Assembly: GCA_052327205.1 (NCBI GenBank)
Contig: CM126207.1
Span: forward strand, 43,462,001-43,526,000
DNA from: Somniosus microcephalus
Taxonomy: Eukaryota
Reading direction: 5' to 3'
DNA length: 64,000 nucleotides
Made by a program: the position numbers and the translations under genes. Under the pieces are notes generated by a model. The model made no database searches. It saw only the letters and a program-made list of their open reading frames with translations, and had not been told where the DNA came from. Positions 33,974-46,887 of the stretch are shown here, one piece after another (within the stretch, counting starts at the first letter, position 1; every line of letters begins with the position of its first letter).

Positions 33974-36851
33974 GTACGTGCCGCTCATATTAAAAAAAAA
34001 AAAAAAGCTGGAAATTGTAGACATTCCCTGGCCCAGGACATATGTTTTAATCGGAGTGTGAAACAAGCTCATGTGAGAAAAGGGAAATCAGAGCTCTGCA
34101 TTTATGCTTAATTATGTGAAATATAAGGCCTGTGCAACCAAATCAGTAATTGATATTGCCAGATTTGAGCTGTAGAAAACTTCTGCAATAATCAAACACA
34201 CACAAAACCTGTTGTATTACAGTCAAATCTCTATGGAAACAAAACCTAAAGTGAAAAATTTGGATCACTTATTTAGTAAGAAAAGGCACAGCAACCACTC
34301 TTCAATTCCAAAGTAAATTGTGCACTAACAAATTTCTTGTAACATTATGAACACAGACCCCTTACCCTCACTACCACCAAAGAAAACTTGGCTTATTTGG
34401 GTCGTAAAATTTACACGGGAGAGTTTCAAAGATAACCACAGTTCTCCTAAATGAATTTGAGCAGACTCATTGTGGAGGTCATTCACAAAGAAAGCTTGCA
34501 TTTGATTTCAGGGGAGTGTAAATGATGGAAAACTGAGCATCCTTGTCCCGGTTTGGATTCAGCCTGCAATGAAATGCAGCCTTACAACTTTGGTGTTAGC
34601 ATCTGGACTTTGGTAATAGAAAGCTCAAAGTATGATATGTTAAAGTGTGCCTGTTTCCTTCTCTGATCACAACAGACCACCTTATGTTCTCACTAAACAA
34701 ATTTGTTTAGCTACCGACCAGTATTGTTGAGTAGTTATAAATACATGTATGTTTAAAAAAAAACTTAACTGCTAACATTGCATGTTGTATAAAATGGACT
34801 TGAACATATTCAGCAGTAGAAGAGTTAGAAGTTTTCTCAAAAAAGCATTGTTTGTGTTTTTGTGACTGAATCCATACTGAGACAAGGATGTTCAGTTTTC
34901 CATCATTTACACTCCCCTCAAGAACAGACTTACATTCTTGAATTGGAGGTTAAAAGTTATCCTTGGAAAAGGCCAAATTCTTGGGTCTGATGAGCAAATA
35001 CTGATGCATGCTGATCTATAATATTTGTATTGTATATGGGGCACATCAATCTGCTAACTAACAATGTCATTGTAGGTCTCTCTGCCACTTGGGTTCATCT
35101 GCCTCAGCTCGGAAAATAAGTTTTCAGTTCTGACCCACTAGCTGGAATATCTTGCTGCAGCTCTGGTTGACAAAAGTGTGCTTAATTGGTGGCAGAAAAA
35201 AACTGCCATAGTCAATTCCCCACAGTGCAAGTGTTGCATCCAGTAATTAGTCATCAAGTTGCATTGTTGGTTATTAACTAAGCAGCTCCTCATAGTTTTG
35301 GGTTGATGACTCATTCCGGTGGGGGGAAAGGGTGGGCGGGAGGAGAGAGAAAAGGATCAGGGATAAAAATCTGGAAGAAAGAAGGCTTTGTACATTTAGA
35401 CTTTCCTAAGTTGTGTAGCCTATGAATATCAACACTGATCATGTCACGAAGCCAGAAAGGATGTTAAATCCAAAAATAATTGTTTCACTTCTGCCACCTA
35501 GATTATAATACAGCCTTGACACAAATAATCAAAGTTTTTGTTATTTTTATTGAGAAACCCTAGGTGAGGGGCCAAAGCTGCACAACCAAGGTTGAAGAAA
35601 GAGAGAAAGGGGCATGAATGGGAAATAAAAGCGATTGATGCCATAGTTGGATTTCAAAAATCTAGATTATAGGAGGAAGGAAACAACACTAGAACTAAAG
35701 GGTTCCATACTTTGAGGTCAAAAGAATGAGTTGGAGAAGATGTGATGAGTCTTGATTTCAACATACTGATCGCAGTCCCCTTGTAATAAAGTACTGAGCA
35801 CGATTGAAGCACCTACCATCCAGCCTGACTTGTGTCTGGGTGCATGAACTTGTTTTCTGATCAAAGATAGTTCTGAAATTAACAATATTCTAAGAATGCA
35901 GAATGTCAGTACCTTGCTGTACTTCATCCAATTCTAGCACGACTATAGTAGGGTTGTGATTTAGGTGAAAATTATCTGATGTACATGCCTATTTTGTGTA
36001 TGTCTGCGCATGCCTTGAATTTAGGAAATCGTGCTATTCCATTCATTTCTCCATTTGAGAGAGAACATTAGCATGTGGGAGAATCTTTTTCTGTTCAGTG
36101 TAGAAAAATCATAAACAAGTTCGTCATAAAGCTATTTACGATTGTGGTGTAAATCATCCAAAAATGCAGTTCCTTAATCTTCCCTTCCTGCTACAGGCTT
36201 TTGAAACCAAAGGTTGCTGTTGTCTGAGCATAGCTTCTTGATTTATTTCATCTTCTCTCCTGCTTCTTTCAACTTTGTAGATTTCTTATTCTGTAAGTCT
36301 TGGCCCTTCACCTCAGCTTCTCAGTAAAAGGTGCATTGTCATTTTACTGCTGATTAGTGTTATATCTATGTATTTCTTAGATAAATATTCACAATTCCAT
36401 TATTTGTAGAAAGGCCACCCTATTTAAATGCTAGTTAAACAAGCTCTAAAGATGGGAATAAGCCTTGTTGATCCAAAAAGATTATCTACAAAGACATCTT
36501 CACTTGGTCCAAAGAAGTAATTTCCAAAGAAGATAATACAGAACGCCACCTGACCTTTATCCTCCCACTGAGAGACTGCTGGATCAGAGCCCTGTTTCAG
36601 AGTCTTGTAGAGACCTTTAAGGACATTTCATCCATCGCTGCTGCCTATCAAACCCTGTCTTAACATAGGCTTTTTTTTCCTGTTTCCTTTGCTAATCTTT
36701 TTTTCACCAATCACCATCAGATACATAAGAATTCCTCCTTTGACCCTGCCTTATGCCAATGCCTTCAGACCTATCTGGGTATCTTCATTTCATTCTCATA
36801 ACAAAGTGGCCATTGCAAGATCCATATGATTGTTTACCGTGGACCTTAATA

Positions 36852-37187
36852 CAGGAAACTTTCTGGTATCCGGCACTGACGGGACCGAGCTTGTGCCGTT
36901 AGATCAAAACTGCCATATAAACCAGCGCTAATGTTAAAACATACAGAGCTTTTCAGCTCCGTGTGAATCAACAAACCCTGTTGCTTAGCAACAGCTTCAA
37001 AACAGTCGGCTGCAGCTGCAAGCGTCTCTAGCTGAAGCTGTTGCTTAGCTACAGACCTTGCAGAGCCTGACTGGGGGGAAAAAAAAGCAACAAGAAGTAA
37101 AAAAAACTTATAGAAAACGGCTCCTGAATTTTGCCGGTAAATAGAGCTTTCCGTACTTTTAACCTCCGGTTAAACGAAAGTTTCCTG
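36852..37187. mobile_element. MITE of the same family as 21281-21561
   Basis: CAGGAAACTTT...AAAGTTTCCTG ends, TA on the left; collinear internal similarity (gacgggaccgagct, aaacggctcctga). Confidence 0.88.
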
Positions 37188-37599
37188 CAGTGTAAAAAAA
37201 ATCTACTTTTCAAAGATACATTAAGTAGATTTATTAAAAATAATTAATGTTATAAACTAAACTAGAAAATATTATCCATTCAATAAAATAAAGAAGTCTG
37301 CATTTGGGAGTTAACTAAGTGAGATTCCACTCGAGACTTAAGTAAGCATATGCATTATGTGGGAGGGTATTTATTGAGCCATACAAGCCAAAAGGTCCTT
37401 GGTCTTTGCTGTTATTCAATCTCAGTTGGAGAAGCATTTTGGGATGCCAGAATCTCTTCACTTTTGGGCAGTGGGGGATGCCTGGGTAAGAAATGGTGCC
37501 TTTGGAGCTTACCACAGAATGGGTTCGTGCTTTCAGATGCATTTTCTCCATTTTTTTTTTGAAGGTGCCAACTTGCTGCGGTGTGGTTCTATAGGCACT

Positions 37600-37870
37600 G
37601 GTAGCCCTTTCATACACCAACCAAGTGCCCGGTTTTTGGATGTGAGCCTATACAGTGATTGGCATCAGACTGTTTAACTGGAGGGTACCGAGGCCTAACC
37701 TGCCCTCACCCACCAGCCATGTGTACCTATTTCCCAGCTGGAGTCACTGGATAGCACTTGCAAGTGGGAGGAACCCTGGCTGACCCATTTCTCCCTCCTG
37801 TCCAGGATGCTCAACACAGATGGAATCAAACCTGAGATCTGTCTGGCATGGATGGCTTACTACTGGCCCA
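37600..37870 (-). mobile_element. Old SINE-like repeat, antisense
   Basis: gtcactggatagc...ggaaccctggctga is the reverse complement of the family core. Confidence 0.55.
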
Positions 37871-38513
37871 CTGGGGGCATCTGCTTAAAAGGATTATGAT
37901 GTACAATAGTATAAGTAGATTTTTCTACATAGAATAATTTCAACTCTCCGTGTTCTTTCAGTATCTTACCAAGAGTACAGTCTATTTGCTAGTAAAATCT
38001 GTTGTGTGATGCCTTGTGTAATGAAACTAGTAGAACTGAGTCAATTACAAACCAATTAGATTCGATTGGACTTTCAGTCAGTTCATATTTAGAGATTAGA
38101 TTTGATTTTGAAATTAAGCAGGATGAAATAAGCCTCCTTATTCAGGTCCCCTCCAGACTGACTGCCCTGTATAGCTATAGTTGTTTTACCAGTAACCTGC
38201 ACAGGACAAATGCATACTTGAGTTTTCCTAACTTGAATTAACCATTTTATTTAACTGGATCAAAAATTGTTAGAGTGAATTGATTTAGATCCCCTGTTTA
38301 CAATTTAATCTGCTGCTTCTGTCTGAAGGAATGAAAAAGGTGTTAATGTGCTTTGGCATTGAAGAGGAAGTAAGATGCATTGCAGAAAGGCTGTCTGCTA
38401 TTCTGAAGCAAGCTGAGTTTAATACAGTGAGAGCTTGCTCCACACTCCTTATTTCTAATCCCTCAGAGCAGTTTATCTGCTACTGTAAAAGTTCTTGATC
38501 TTCTTTCTCATAG

Positions 38514-38574
38514 AGTGAAGAAAGACCACCTGTGTCACCGAGTGCCTCTATTACCCAATCATCTGTCCATATAG
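38514..38574 (+). CDS. LRCH3: LRCH3 exon (SEERPPVSPSASITQSSVHI)
   Basis: ctcatag acceptor, gtaaga donor, phase 0->1; resembles the SDDRP exon. Confidence 0.85.
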
Positions 38575-39009
38575 GTAAGAGAAAACTAATTGTAAAAACC
38601 TTTGTACTGTCACTCGGTCTATATATGTAACATGTTTGTGTATTTTGTGTTTTCTCCATTTGATGGCAAGCAAAGCATTTATTTTTCCTTGTTTAGAGCT
38701 AATATTAAGCAATATTGCTTTGTGTTAAAGGTAAATCTTGATACAAGGAACAAAATTCAGCTATGTGATTAAATTTTGCAGTTTTAACTATCAAGTTAGT
38801 TAACGAAAATATGATATAGTGTGTCTTATAAAATGTGCAGTGAGTCTGATATGGCGCATGTTGTTCGTAAAGCTCTGAACCCCCTCCAATAACCTGTTCG
38901 AACACCTCTGCCTTTGCAAATCCCATAACACCTAGTTAAACTCCTCCAGATAGAAAGTAGGGAGACTGGCGATGCATTGATGTGAGTAAGCCTATAAGCC
39001 TACCGATTT

Positions 39010-39360
39010 TACCTGATGGCTCGTGGTAAATGGAACCGGGTGTGTGGTACTGACAAACGGAGTTCCATCCTTGATCTGTGTTGAGTTAGCTGATCTCAGT
39101 TGGGCCTATGTTGCTGTTCTACAATTTGTCTCAGTATCATTTGACTTAAAGGAGAGACAAATCAGTCCTGCTCTTGGTAAGTATCCGGCATTCCCTGCTG
39201 GTGATGTTGGGGTCACGCTCAACTGTTAACACCCCTCCCCAGTTAAATAGCCTGCACATCTCGCTGTCTTGGCTCACAGATGAAAAAGAGCTACTTGGTG
39301 ATGTAATGGAGGCCTGTTGGTGCCAGCAGAAGTAACTGGCTTCAGGACAGGAGAGGAAAA
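39010..39360 (+). mobile_element. Old SINE-like repeat
   Basis: tgtgttgagttagctgatctcag and aatagcctgc...ggctcaca blocks shared with other copies. Confidence 0.55.
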
Positions 39361-39843
39361 AATTATACTACTTTTGAGTCTGGGTCCCAAATAACTGCAG
39401 GCTTTACAAAACCTATTCCACAAAACAATCCCCCGTTATATACTGAAGCCTCCTTATGTAAATAAAAAGAATAAAACTTATAAATGCTGGAAATACAAAA
39501 TCAAAATAAAAAGTGCTCAAAATACACAACAGGTTTGTCAGCATCCGGATAACATTTTGGATACAGAAAGAAATGAGTATTAGCTGTGAAACCTAAACTA
39601 TGTGCTCACCATTAAAAACTTGTCATCACTTTTAAACCAACCCATCCCTAATGCACCAAACCATTTATCACCTACCTTAATATTGCAGTGTTACTGTATT
39701 ATGCTAGTTTGATATTTACCCATTTTAATATTTGTTTTCTCATTTCTATCTCTATTTCTTGCTTCTACTGATTGTTGATTAAACTCTTTCTGAATCTTAT
39801 CATCAAATTCTGCTCATTCTTACACTCTTGTCTCTGGCTGCAG

Positions 39844-39960
39844 TTCAGCCTGCCCCTCCTTATCCTAGTTCTTCTCCCCACTCTTACAAACAGCCCACAC
39901 ACGCTTATCGGCCTGAGAACTTCCTCTTGAGAGCAGCCATGAGAGATGAGATGAAGAAAG
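39844..39960 (+). CDS. LRCH3: LRCH3 exon (VQPAPPYPSSSPHSYKQPTHAYRPENFLLRAAMRDEMKK)
   Basis: ctgcag acceptor, gtaggt donor, 117 nt, phase 1->1; RPENFL resembles RPESFL. Confidence 0.9.
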
Positions 39961-40394
39961 GTAGGTTTGACATGAAAGTGAATTTTACATAACCCGAGTG
40001 TGCCATAATAACCAGGGGTTTATCAGCAGTGATTTGTCACTTAACTGTTTGTTTCTATACAGGTGTGTAATATTTTAGATTATATTACCAGCAGGTAATA
40101 TGCAACATATGCATTAACAAGAGATGATGCTCAAAACAGGCATTTAGTAAAAATATGGGGAAGATAGAGAGAAACAGTGTTAAAAAGAAAATGGTATGAT
40201 ATAAATCAGGTGCAAACTTGGATCAGGTGCTGAATGAATAGTCACTTCTGGTAGCCACTTGAACTTGAAGCAATAATGGATTTTGAATCCAGCGGTCGCA
40301 GTTGGTTTCATGCTTTGCCGCTCCAAGAGTCTATCCATATGTAAACAATAAGCACTCGATGCTTAGTCGGGCTTCAAAATGTCTTTCTCTTACA

Positions 40395-40635
40395 TTAATA
40401 TGTAGACGCCATTGGCAGGCATGCCTTGAGCTGCGTAGGCCTCAAGTTCTGAAATTTCCTCCATAAACCACTCCATCTCCCTCTCCTCCTTTCAAGATCC
40501 TTCTTAAAACCCATCTCTTACACCAAGCTTTTGGTCATGGCTACTAATATCTCCTTCATTGGCTCTGTGAACATTTTTTTGAACATAGACATTTTTCTAC
40601 ATTAAAGGCACTATAGAAATGCAAGTTGTTGTTGC
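40395..40635 (+). mobile_element. L2-type LINE 3' end
   Basis: Similar to the reverse complement of part of 30145-30640; ends ...aaatgcaagttgttgttg. Confidence 0.7.
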
Positions 40636-40719
40636 AGTATGACATTGGCACCATCATGTTGCATTTAAAAAATGTAAATTTATCCATCTTGATAGCTCAG
40701 AATTAAAGTTTGTGAATCA

Positions 40720-41050
40720 TATAGACCAAGAGGGTTCTGGGTCTGATGCCCAGCCTGTAGCTGATCTCGGTGATGGCAGCAGTAGGAGTGGTACATCTGG
40801 CCTCTATGCCTCAGCTTGGAGAAGGGGAAAATAGTCACAAGTCCTGCTTCTGATCATTATTTGTGATCCCTGCTGGAAATGCACATGTATGGATTCCTGA
40901 TTTTTTTTTTTTTTAAAGTATCAGATAGATGACCCACCTGCACTCAATCCAGGCTTCCACATGAATAATGATTCCTTGGGTGATGTATAGGTGGGGACCT
41001 GGCAACCGTAGAACTGTACTGCATTAAGCGAGTAAATGCCTTGAAGAGAA
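40720..41050 (+). mobile_element. Old SINE-like repeat
   Basis: gctgatctc...gggga aaa...cctgcttctgatc...cctgctggaaa family blocks. Confidence 0.55.
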
Positions 41051-41331
41051 AAAAGGATCAGCCAAGTTGTACATTTATTCCCATTATTCAGGACAGACTT
41101 TCTTTTCTAATTGACCCTTAATTTCTTGGTTTGATGCCTTGAATAGAGTGGCTCTCAACAAAAAAACTACAATGTATCTTAAGGCCAGAAATTATTCAGT
41201 CCCATTGAATCTTAAAGAGCAAGTTTGAACCAAAAAAAAAAGTACATGAAAGGACAAATGATACTGATGTAAAGCAGGAATGTTCCTGTGGTAATCTGTT
41301 CTTATGCATAATTGATCTTCTGTCTCTCTAG

Positions 41332-41450
41332 ATGGGACGACTTCTGCCTCCTCCTCTGTTACCCCTAGCCAGGACTCTGGAGACCCCTTGATATTGCAGA
41401 ACCAAAAGCCATATGACGATGAACAAAGAGTGGTGCAGCAGCTACGGAAG
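41332..41450 (+). CDS. LRCH3: LRCH3 exon (GTTSASSSVTPSQDSGDPLILQNQKPYDDEQRVVQQLRK)
   Basis: ctctag acceptor, gtaatc donor, phase 1->0; ends QLRK at the start of the CH domain. Confidence 0.92.
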
Positions 41451-42221
41451 GTAATCAGTTGTTCATTTGCTCACCAGAACAGAAGCATCATTGCACGAAC
41501 CTGCAGTAAATAAAATCCACGGGGAATGTATTAATGTGCTAATTGTAGAATGATTCCAATTGGTACTTATTTACCGGGAAATACGTTCATCTTGACTTGT
41601 TCATTTATTTTCTTGTCGTCCATTCCTTCTCTTTTCCCCCCTCCCCCCTGCCAAAATAAAATTGGAGCCTTACGTTGTGTGTAGCTAGCTGATCAGAAAT
41701 GCACCCAGCGTTAGAGCTCAAACTATTTCTGTTATTGCACTAAGGCTAGCTTTATCACAGAAGTCTGGACATTTTGTTTTAATAATTAGCACTTTTACAT
41801 ACCTACCCCATTACCACAATTTTATCCCACAGGGACTTCCATGCAAGCAGTTTTTTTAAATTCTTCCCTTCCCCTTCATGCCACCCAATCCATCCCACTC
41901 TGGCTCAGAAGAGCATGTCTAATGCAACAATGGGAATTTTTCCATTTCCAACATCAACCATTTTGAGTGAAATTGCCAACTAGCTGCCAATCAGTGCCAC
42001 TTTAGGCTGGCTTTGTGCTGTGGTCACGTATCCACTAGGAACACCCAAACTCATTAACATAGGATCCTTACACTGTGACAGCAGACTAAAATTACTTTAT
42101 CCCATCAACCTATGTTGGATTCAAGCACAGGTTCCAGAACTGAGAGGTCAGTGCATCACCCAACCCTCCCCTCCACTTAATGATCAAATAGTTGTACGTT
42201 TCTCTCTGGTTTCTTTCTCAG

Positions 42222-42359
42222 AACATTGAAACACGGTTAAAAGTTTCTCTCCCAAGTGATCTTGGTACAGCACTTACAGATGGTGTTGTCCTCTGTCATC
42301 TGGCTAATCACGTGAGACCACGGTCGGTGCCCAGTATACATGTCCCATCTCCAGCAGTG
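42222..42359 (+). CDS. LRCH3: LRCH3 CH-domain exon (NIETRLKVSLPSDLGTALTDGVVLCHLANHVRPRSVPSIHVPSPAV)
   Basis: ctcag acceptor, gtgagt donor, 138 nt; canonical LRCH CH-domain sequence. Confidence 0.97.
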
Positions 42360-42619
42360 GTGAGTATTCTGAAGTCTGATGCTATCAAAACAACGACATT
42401 AGTGACAAATATATCAAGCTTTTCTATTAGAGTAAGGAAGTGGGCAATAGTTGCATCCAGACAATGGCATAATTAGGAAAAATTTAGCCATAATTAAGCT
42501 GGTGTGCTCATATAACCCAATTCTTGCATGTTCTTCTTCAGTTCTTTTATTTTTATAAATTAAATCTTGGCTCCCCTGATGACCCAATAGGTAAATGCAC
42601 TTTATGATAAACCAGAAAG

Positions 42620-42910
42620 ATCAGGAAGATGCAAAGATTGCCTGGTCTGTGCTGAATTAAGTTAGCCAGGCATGAATAGAACAGAGGGAGCTCTACAGTT
42701 GACCTCCGCTTTTGTGGGCTACGTGACTCCTGCTGGAGAGAGAGAGGGTGTGTATCTGCGTTGTGTGCAGACTGGATAGGAATCTGCTCAATTATGTGAT
42801 CAAATAACCAGTTGATACTCTTGCTTGGGCTCACGTGGGCACTTGGGTGATGTGCTGGAGGGGTTGCTGGTGCTTGTGGAAAAGTGCGTGCATGTTCAAC
42901 GGGGGAGAAA
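42620..42910 (+). mobile_element. Old SINE-like repeat
   Basis: cctggtctgtgctgaatta...cctgctgga...ggctcac blocks. Confidence 0.45.
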
Positions 42911-43538
42911 AAAGCAAATGAATTTCTGGAAAATGCACATAGTAACTTCACTGTAGCCAATGAATCTTCTCTTGTTTTAAGAACTGTTGTGTTTATTGAG
43001 ATTAATACATCAAATATGCTGATTTTAGCACTAGGCTATCAGTGGCATCACACGAATCTCTTTCAGTAATTTTAATGAAATTAAGAAGAGTTTAACGGTG
43101 CTTGTTTTTTCACTTTCCAACTTTCTTCCCTTTCCTCCTCTGCTGATGACATTGACATGCTCACTGAGGTGCATTTTCAAGGGCTCCCTTTGGTGTGTTG
43201 TTGCTGTTTAACAATACCTGTTTTAAAGAATCTCCAGTGAAAAGTGTAATCAGATCTTTTTATAATTAACAATGCATAATGGGATTTCAGCTGGGAGGTC
43301 CAAAAGTCGAGCTAATATCTCAAACCTTGGTGTGATCAGCTCATGATGAGAACTGCTTTGCTGTTTCCCATGCGTTTATAATTGCAAGGATTGATTGAAT
43401 TTCAGGATTTGTTCTCTATGAATGTTTCCAGCTTTTTTTTTACCCCCCTCCTCATCCTTTATCAAACCCTCTCCTGCCCTCACTACCACGTACTGTTCAC
43501 TGACCGAGTTTGCTTGCTTGTTCCACTTCTGGTTGCAG

Positions 43539-43616
43539 CCCAAACTGACTATGGCAAAATGCAGACGAAATGTGGAGAACTTCCTAGAGGCTTGTAAGAG
43601 AATTGGTGTACCACAG
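43539..43616 (+). CDS. LRCH3: LRCH3 CH-domain exon (PKLTMAKCRRNVENFLEACKRIGVPQ)
   Basis: ttgcag acceptor, gtatgt donor, 78 nt; conserved LRCH motif. Confidence 0.97.
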
Positions 43617-45852
43617 GTATGTACCCTTCTATATTACAATGGGTTATTTCAGGTCTATATCATTAAAAATCTTGTATCTGTGCTATTGCATGATTGATTT
43701 TACCATTGTAGTGAGCCTCTAACATTGCTGATTTGGCCCACGCTAAATACATGACACCATGGACCAATCAGATCTTTGGAAGAAGATTTAAAACCTATGT
43801 ACATCATTGTGATAGTTCCTCAATCCTCTCTCCTGTTGATTCCCCAACCCAAGCATTTTACTCACTCTGCCCATCCTGTACCCCTGCTTACTACTCAAGC
43901 CCTACTCCTCTCACTCCCAGGACTTCCTCCAAATGCTGCAGCTCCACTCTCTTCCTACCACTGATTCCCATCCTAAGTGCTCCAGCTCCCACTCTTTCCC
44001 ACCTCCTAGGCCAACCCCAAGTGCTCCATCTCTGATTCTTCCCATCCACTGAAATGTGCAGTTCCAATTCCAGTACCTGTTCCCAGTATTGCAGCTGACC
44101 GCCTCTGCCCTGAAAATTGCCCCTCCCCCACTATGACCAGCTCCCCTATCATAGAGTCTCTAGCTCCCAAATTCTCCCTCCGTGATACTGTGACTGTGAG
44201 CAACACTGCGGGAGATCCCATAGTTACTGTTATTTCTGCTTTGTTTTAGAGTTAATGTTGAACCTTAATTAAGTTACTATGGCCAGGGCTACTGATTTAA
44301 GTGAGTGAATTAACCAAATTCAGTTACAGAAAGGATTCTAGGATTTTTTTTGTGTTTTGGGGTTGTGTTGTGTGATTGAATCTATTTACCATTAGAACAT
44401 TGGTTTATAGAGATTGAATGTTGAATTCTGTTTTTAATTACATGGTTTTCTAGAATTTTGAGATTGAATTTTGCAACTCCAACCATTATTTCATGAAAAA
44501 CATAAACCTGAGGCATTTAACTATGCTGTAACAAGTCGTTTTTTTTTTTTTAAATTAGCCAAGCAATTGCTAAGCTGCGCTGCTGAATTCTGGAACTGGT
44601 GTTGGTATGCACTGTGGACGCTTTACATTTGGAATACAAATTTACTGATGACTACAATTTTGTCTTTATAGGTCTGCTTCTTTTGCCAGGTCTTTTACTA
44701 CAATATTTAATTTGTCTATTAAACTACTCAGCAGCTGGGAATTTGTGATCTAAAGTTGTATTTTTAAGTCTTCTGAGGATTTCCTCACTTCAGCAATATT
44801 CTGTGTTTTCAGTGGCCTAGGTCTCCTATCAAGTTTGAATTTTATGTTCTGGGGCATGGAGGGGTGGGGGTTGGTTAAATGAGTGTTTTAAGGCAGGTGA
44901 CCTGATGAATCTTTTGGCTGCATTTATACCTGCATGTGCTGAAAAAGCTTTCAATTCTCTAACAAATTATAACTTAACATACTTTGACTGTATTTAGACC
45001 AGATCATAATGTTTCTGCTTTCTGTAACCTTTTTCACACTGTGTTAGGGCATGACAGCATATTGAACATACTGTTCTCTCAAATGAGAAATTTCACATAA
45101 ATCCTACCTGCTTCAGCTGAGAGGATCGAGCAGTTCGGGCCAAGAACAAGTACAGTAGTGTAATGCAGGCCAGCCTGTGTACAGCAGCACGTCCTGTAAT
45201 TGTCATTGTTACTTCCTGTAAAATTTTCCCTGCCCCACTTTTTTGATTGTACCCCATTGGAGTAAAACAGCATATCTTCTGACTCAATGTGAGCAATGCC
45301 ATGGGAGATCTCCAGCAATTGATTACTATCTGTGAATACATATTGTGTATCAAATAACCTGCAAACCACAGAAATTAACCTTGTACCCTAATACCCATCG
45401 TGTAATGCTGTATTCCTCCACTCCATATGGTACTGAACTTTAAAATCTCCTCTGCCAGTGTGCATCGCAATTGGCTAACAGCAGTGCAGTCATTATGTAA
45501 ATGCACTTATCATAAACAACATATTGTAATCTACCTCAAAGGAGTCGAAGAATGTTCACGAAGCACTGGTCTTGTGGCTTATGATTTCAAATCAATCTTT
45601 TCTGTCCCAGCAGCGTATCCCATTCCTTCACGCTTTTGTTAAATATGTATTGATCTGGTCTAAATTCCTGTTTTATGTTAGCATAAACTATGAAAGACAG
45701 TATCCATCCTTATAATAGTTTTATCATCAATGCCATTGTTTATTGGAAATAATATGCTACGTTCCTAAGATTCACCAGAGTCTTAAATTGTTCGGCAGTG
45801 ATTCTTATTGAGTCTAGCTCAAGGATGTGCTGTAAAAATTAAAATCATAATA

Positions 45853-46413
45853 CAGGTACACTATCCCTTATCTGAAAGCCTTGGGACCAGCTGAGTTTCG
45901 GTTTTCGGAATTTTTCGGATTTCAGAAGGTATTATTATAAGACTGGGAAATTTGTATTTAATATAAATGTTAAAAGTTCAGGCTACCTCTTGCGACTGTT
46001 CCGTGTCTCATTCCTCTTCCTGCTTCTCTGGAAAGCCGGATATCGGCTGACTTCTACTAAGCTGGCCCGCAAATCAGGTCGGGGGTCGGGTGGGGGGGGA
46101 GAAAAGAATATCGGACGGGTCGGGTCGGCGGGGGGGGGGGGAAAGAATATCGGACGGGCCGCGGTTCGGGTCGGGGGGAGAAAAGAATATCGGACGGGCC
46201 GTTGCAGCTATCGGACGGGCCGCTGTATTGTTGGGTTCACTCTCCCGATACCTCCTTCACACTGCCAGGCTCGGCCTGCAATCTCCTACCCAGGAGGGAA
46301 CTCTGTGACCCTCTGCCCTGCTCAGCGTAAGTCATGCGCACGACTTACGCTGAACGAAAAAACTTTCGGTTTTTAGAGGTTTTCGGAAGTTCGGATAAAG
46401 GATAGTCTACCTG
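45853..46413. mobile_element. Tigger/pogo-type MITE with an internal GC-rich tandem repeat
   Basis: TIRs CAGGTACACTATCCCTTATCTGAA and TTCGGATAAAGGATAGTCTACCTG, TA on both sides; tatcggacggg unit x4 at ~46100-46222. Confidence 0.88.
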
Positions 46414-46887
46414 TAGTGGTTGTAAATTTAAAATATTTAGCATTTAAACATTGAGCAGCAAAGTTTTAAGTGGATCACAAAAGCTGGGAAACAAGTGAAT
46501 ATTTTTCATATTTACAACGAGAGGGTGTAAGGTAAAACATTTTCTCCCATTTAATTTCCCCTGTATCGTGCACTGTTCTGTGTCACAGGAGAGGAGGGTG
46601 ACTTCCTTGCAGGCCTGTACATATTCTGCTTTGCAGCTAGCTGCTATCAGGTGTCCAAGTTGCTATCTCTCTGAATTCCTTTCCTTGGAATCTACTTGTT
46701 GCTGCTTTTCTTTCTTCTTCTTGTACTTACTTAGTGGGAAATCAAATGCAGAAGTGCTATCAGAACAGTTTTCATATGCAAAGGTTGCATCTAGCAGCTG
46801 TAATTTTTGTTGATTCTGTGAAAATTATACCATTAGAACTTCAAACCATTTAAAAAAAAATCTAAATAAGACGCCCTTTCTATAGAA

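Noticed and set aside
46100-46222. Repeat-spacer pattern resembling a CRISPR array
   Set aside because: Eukaryotic intron; spacers are G-runs; lies inside a TA-flanked MITE; no cas genes.
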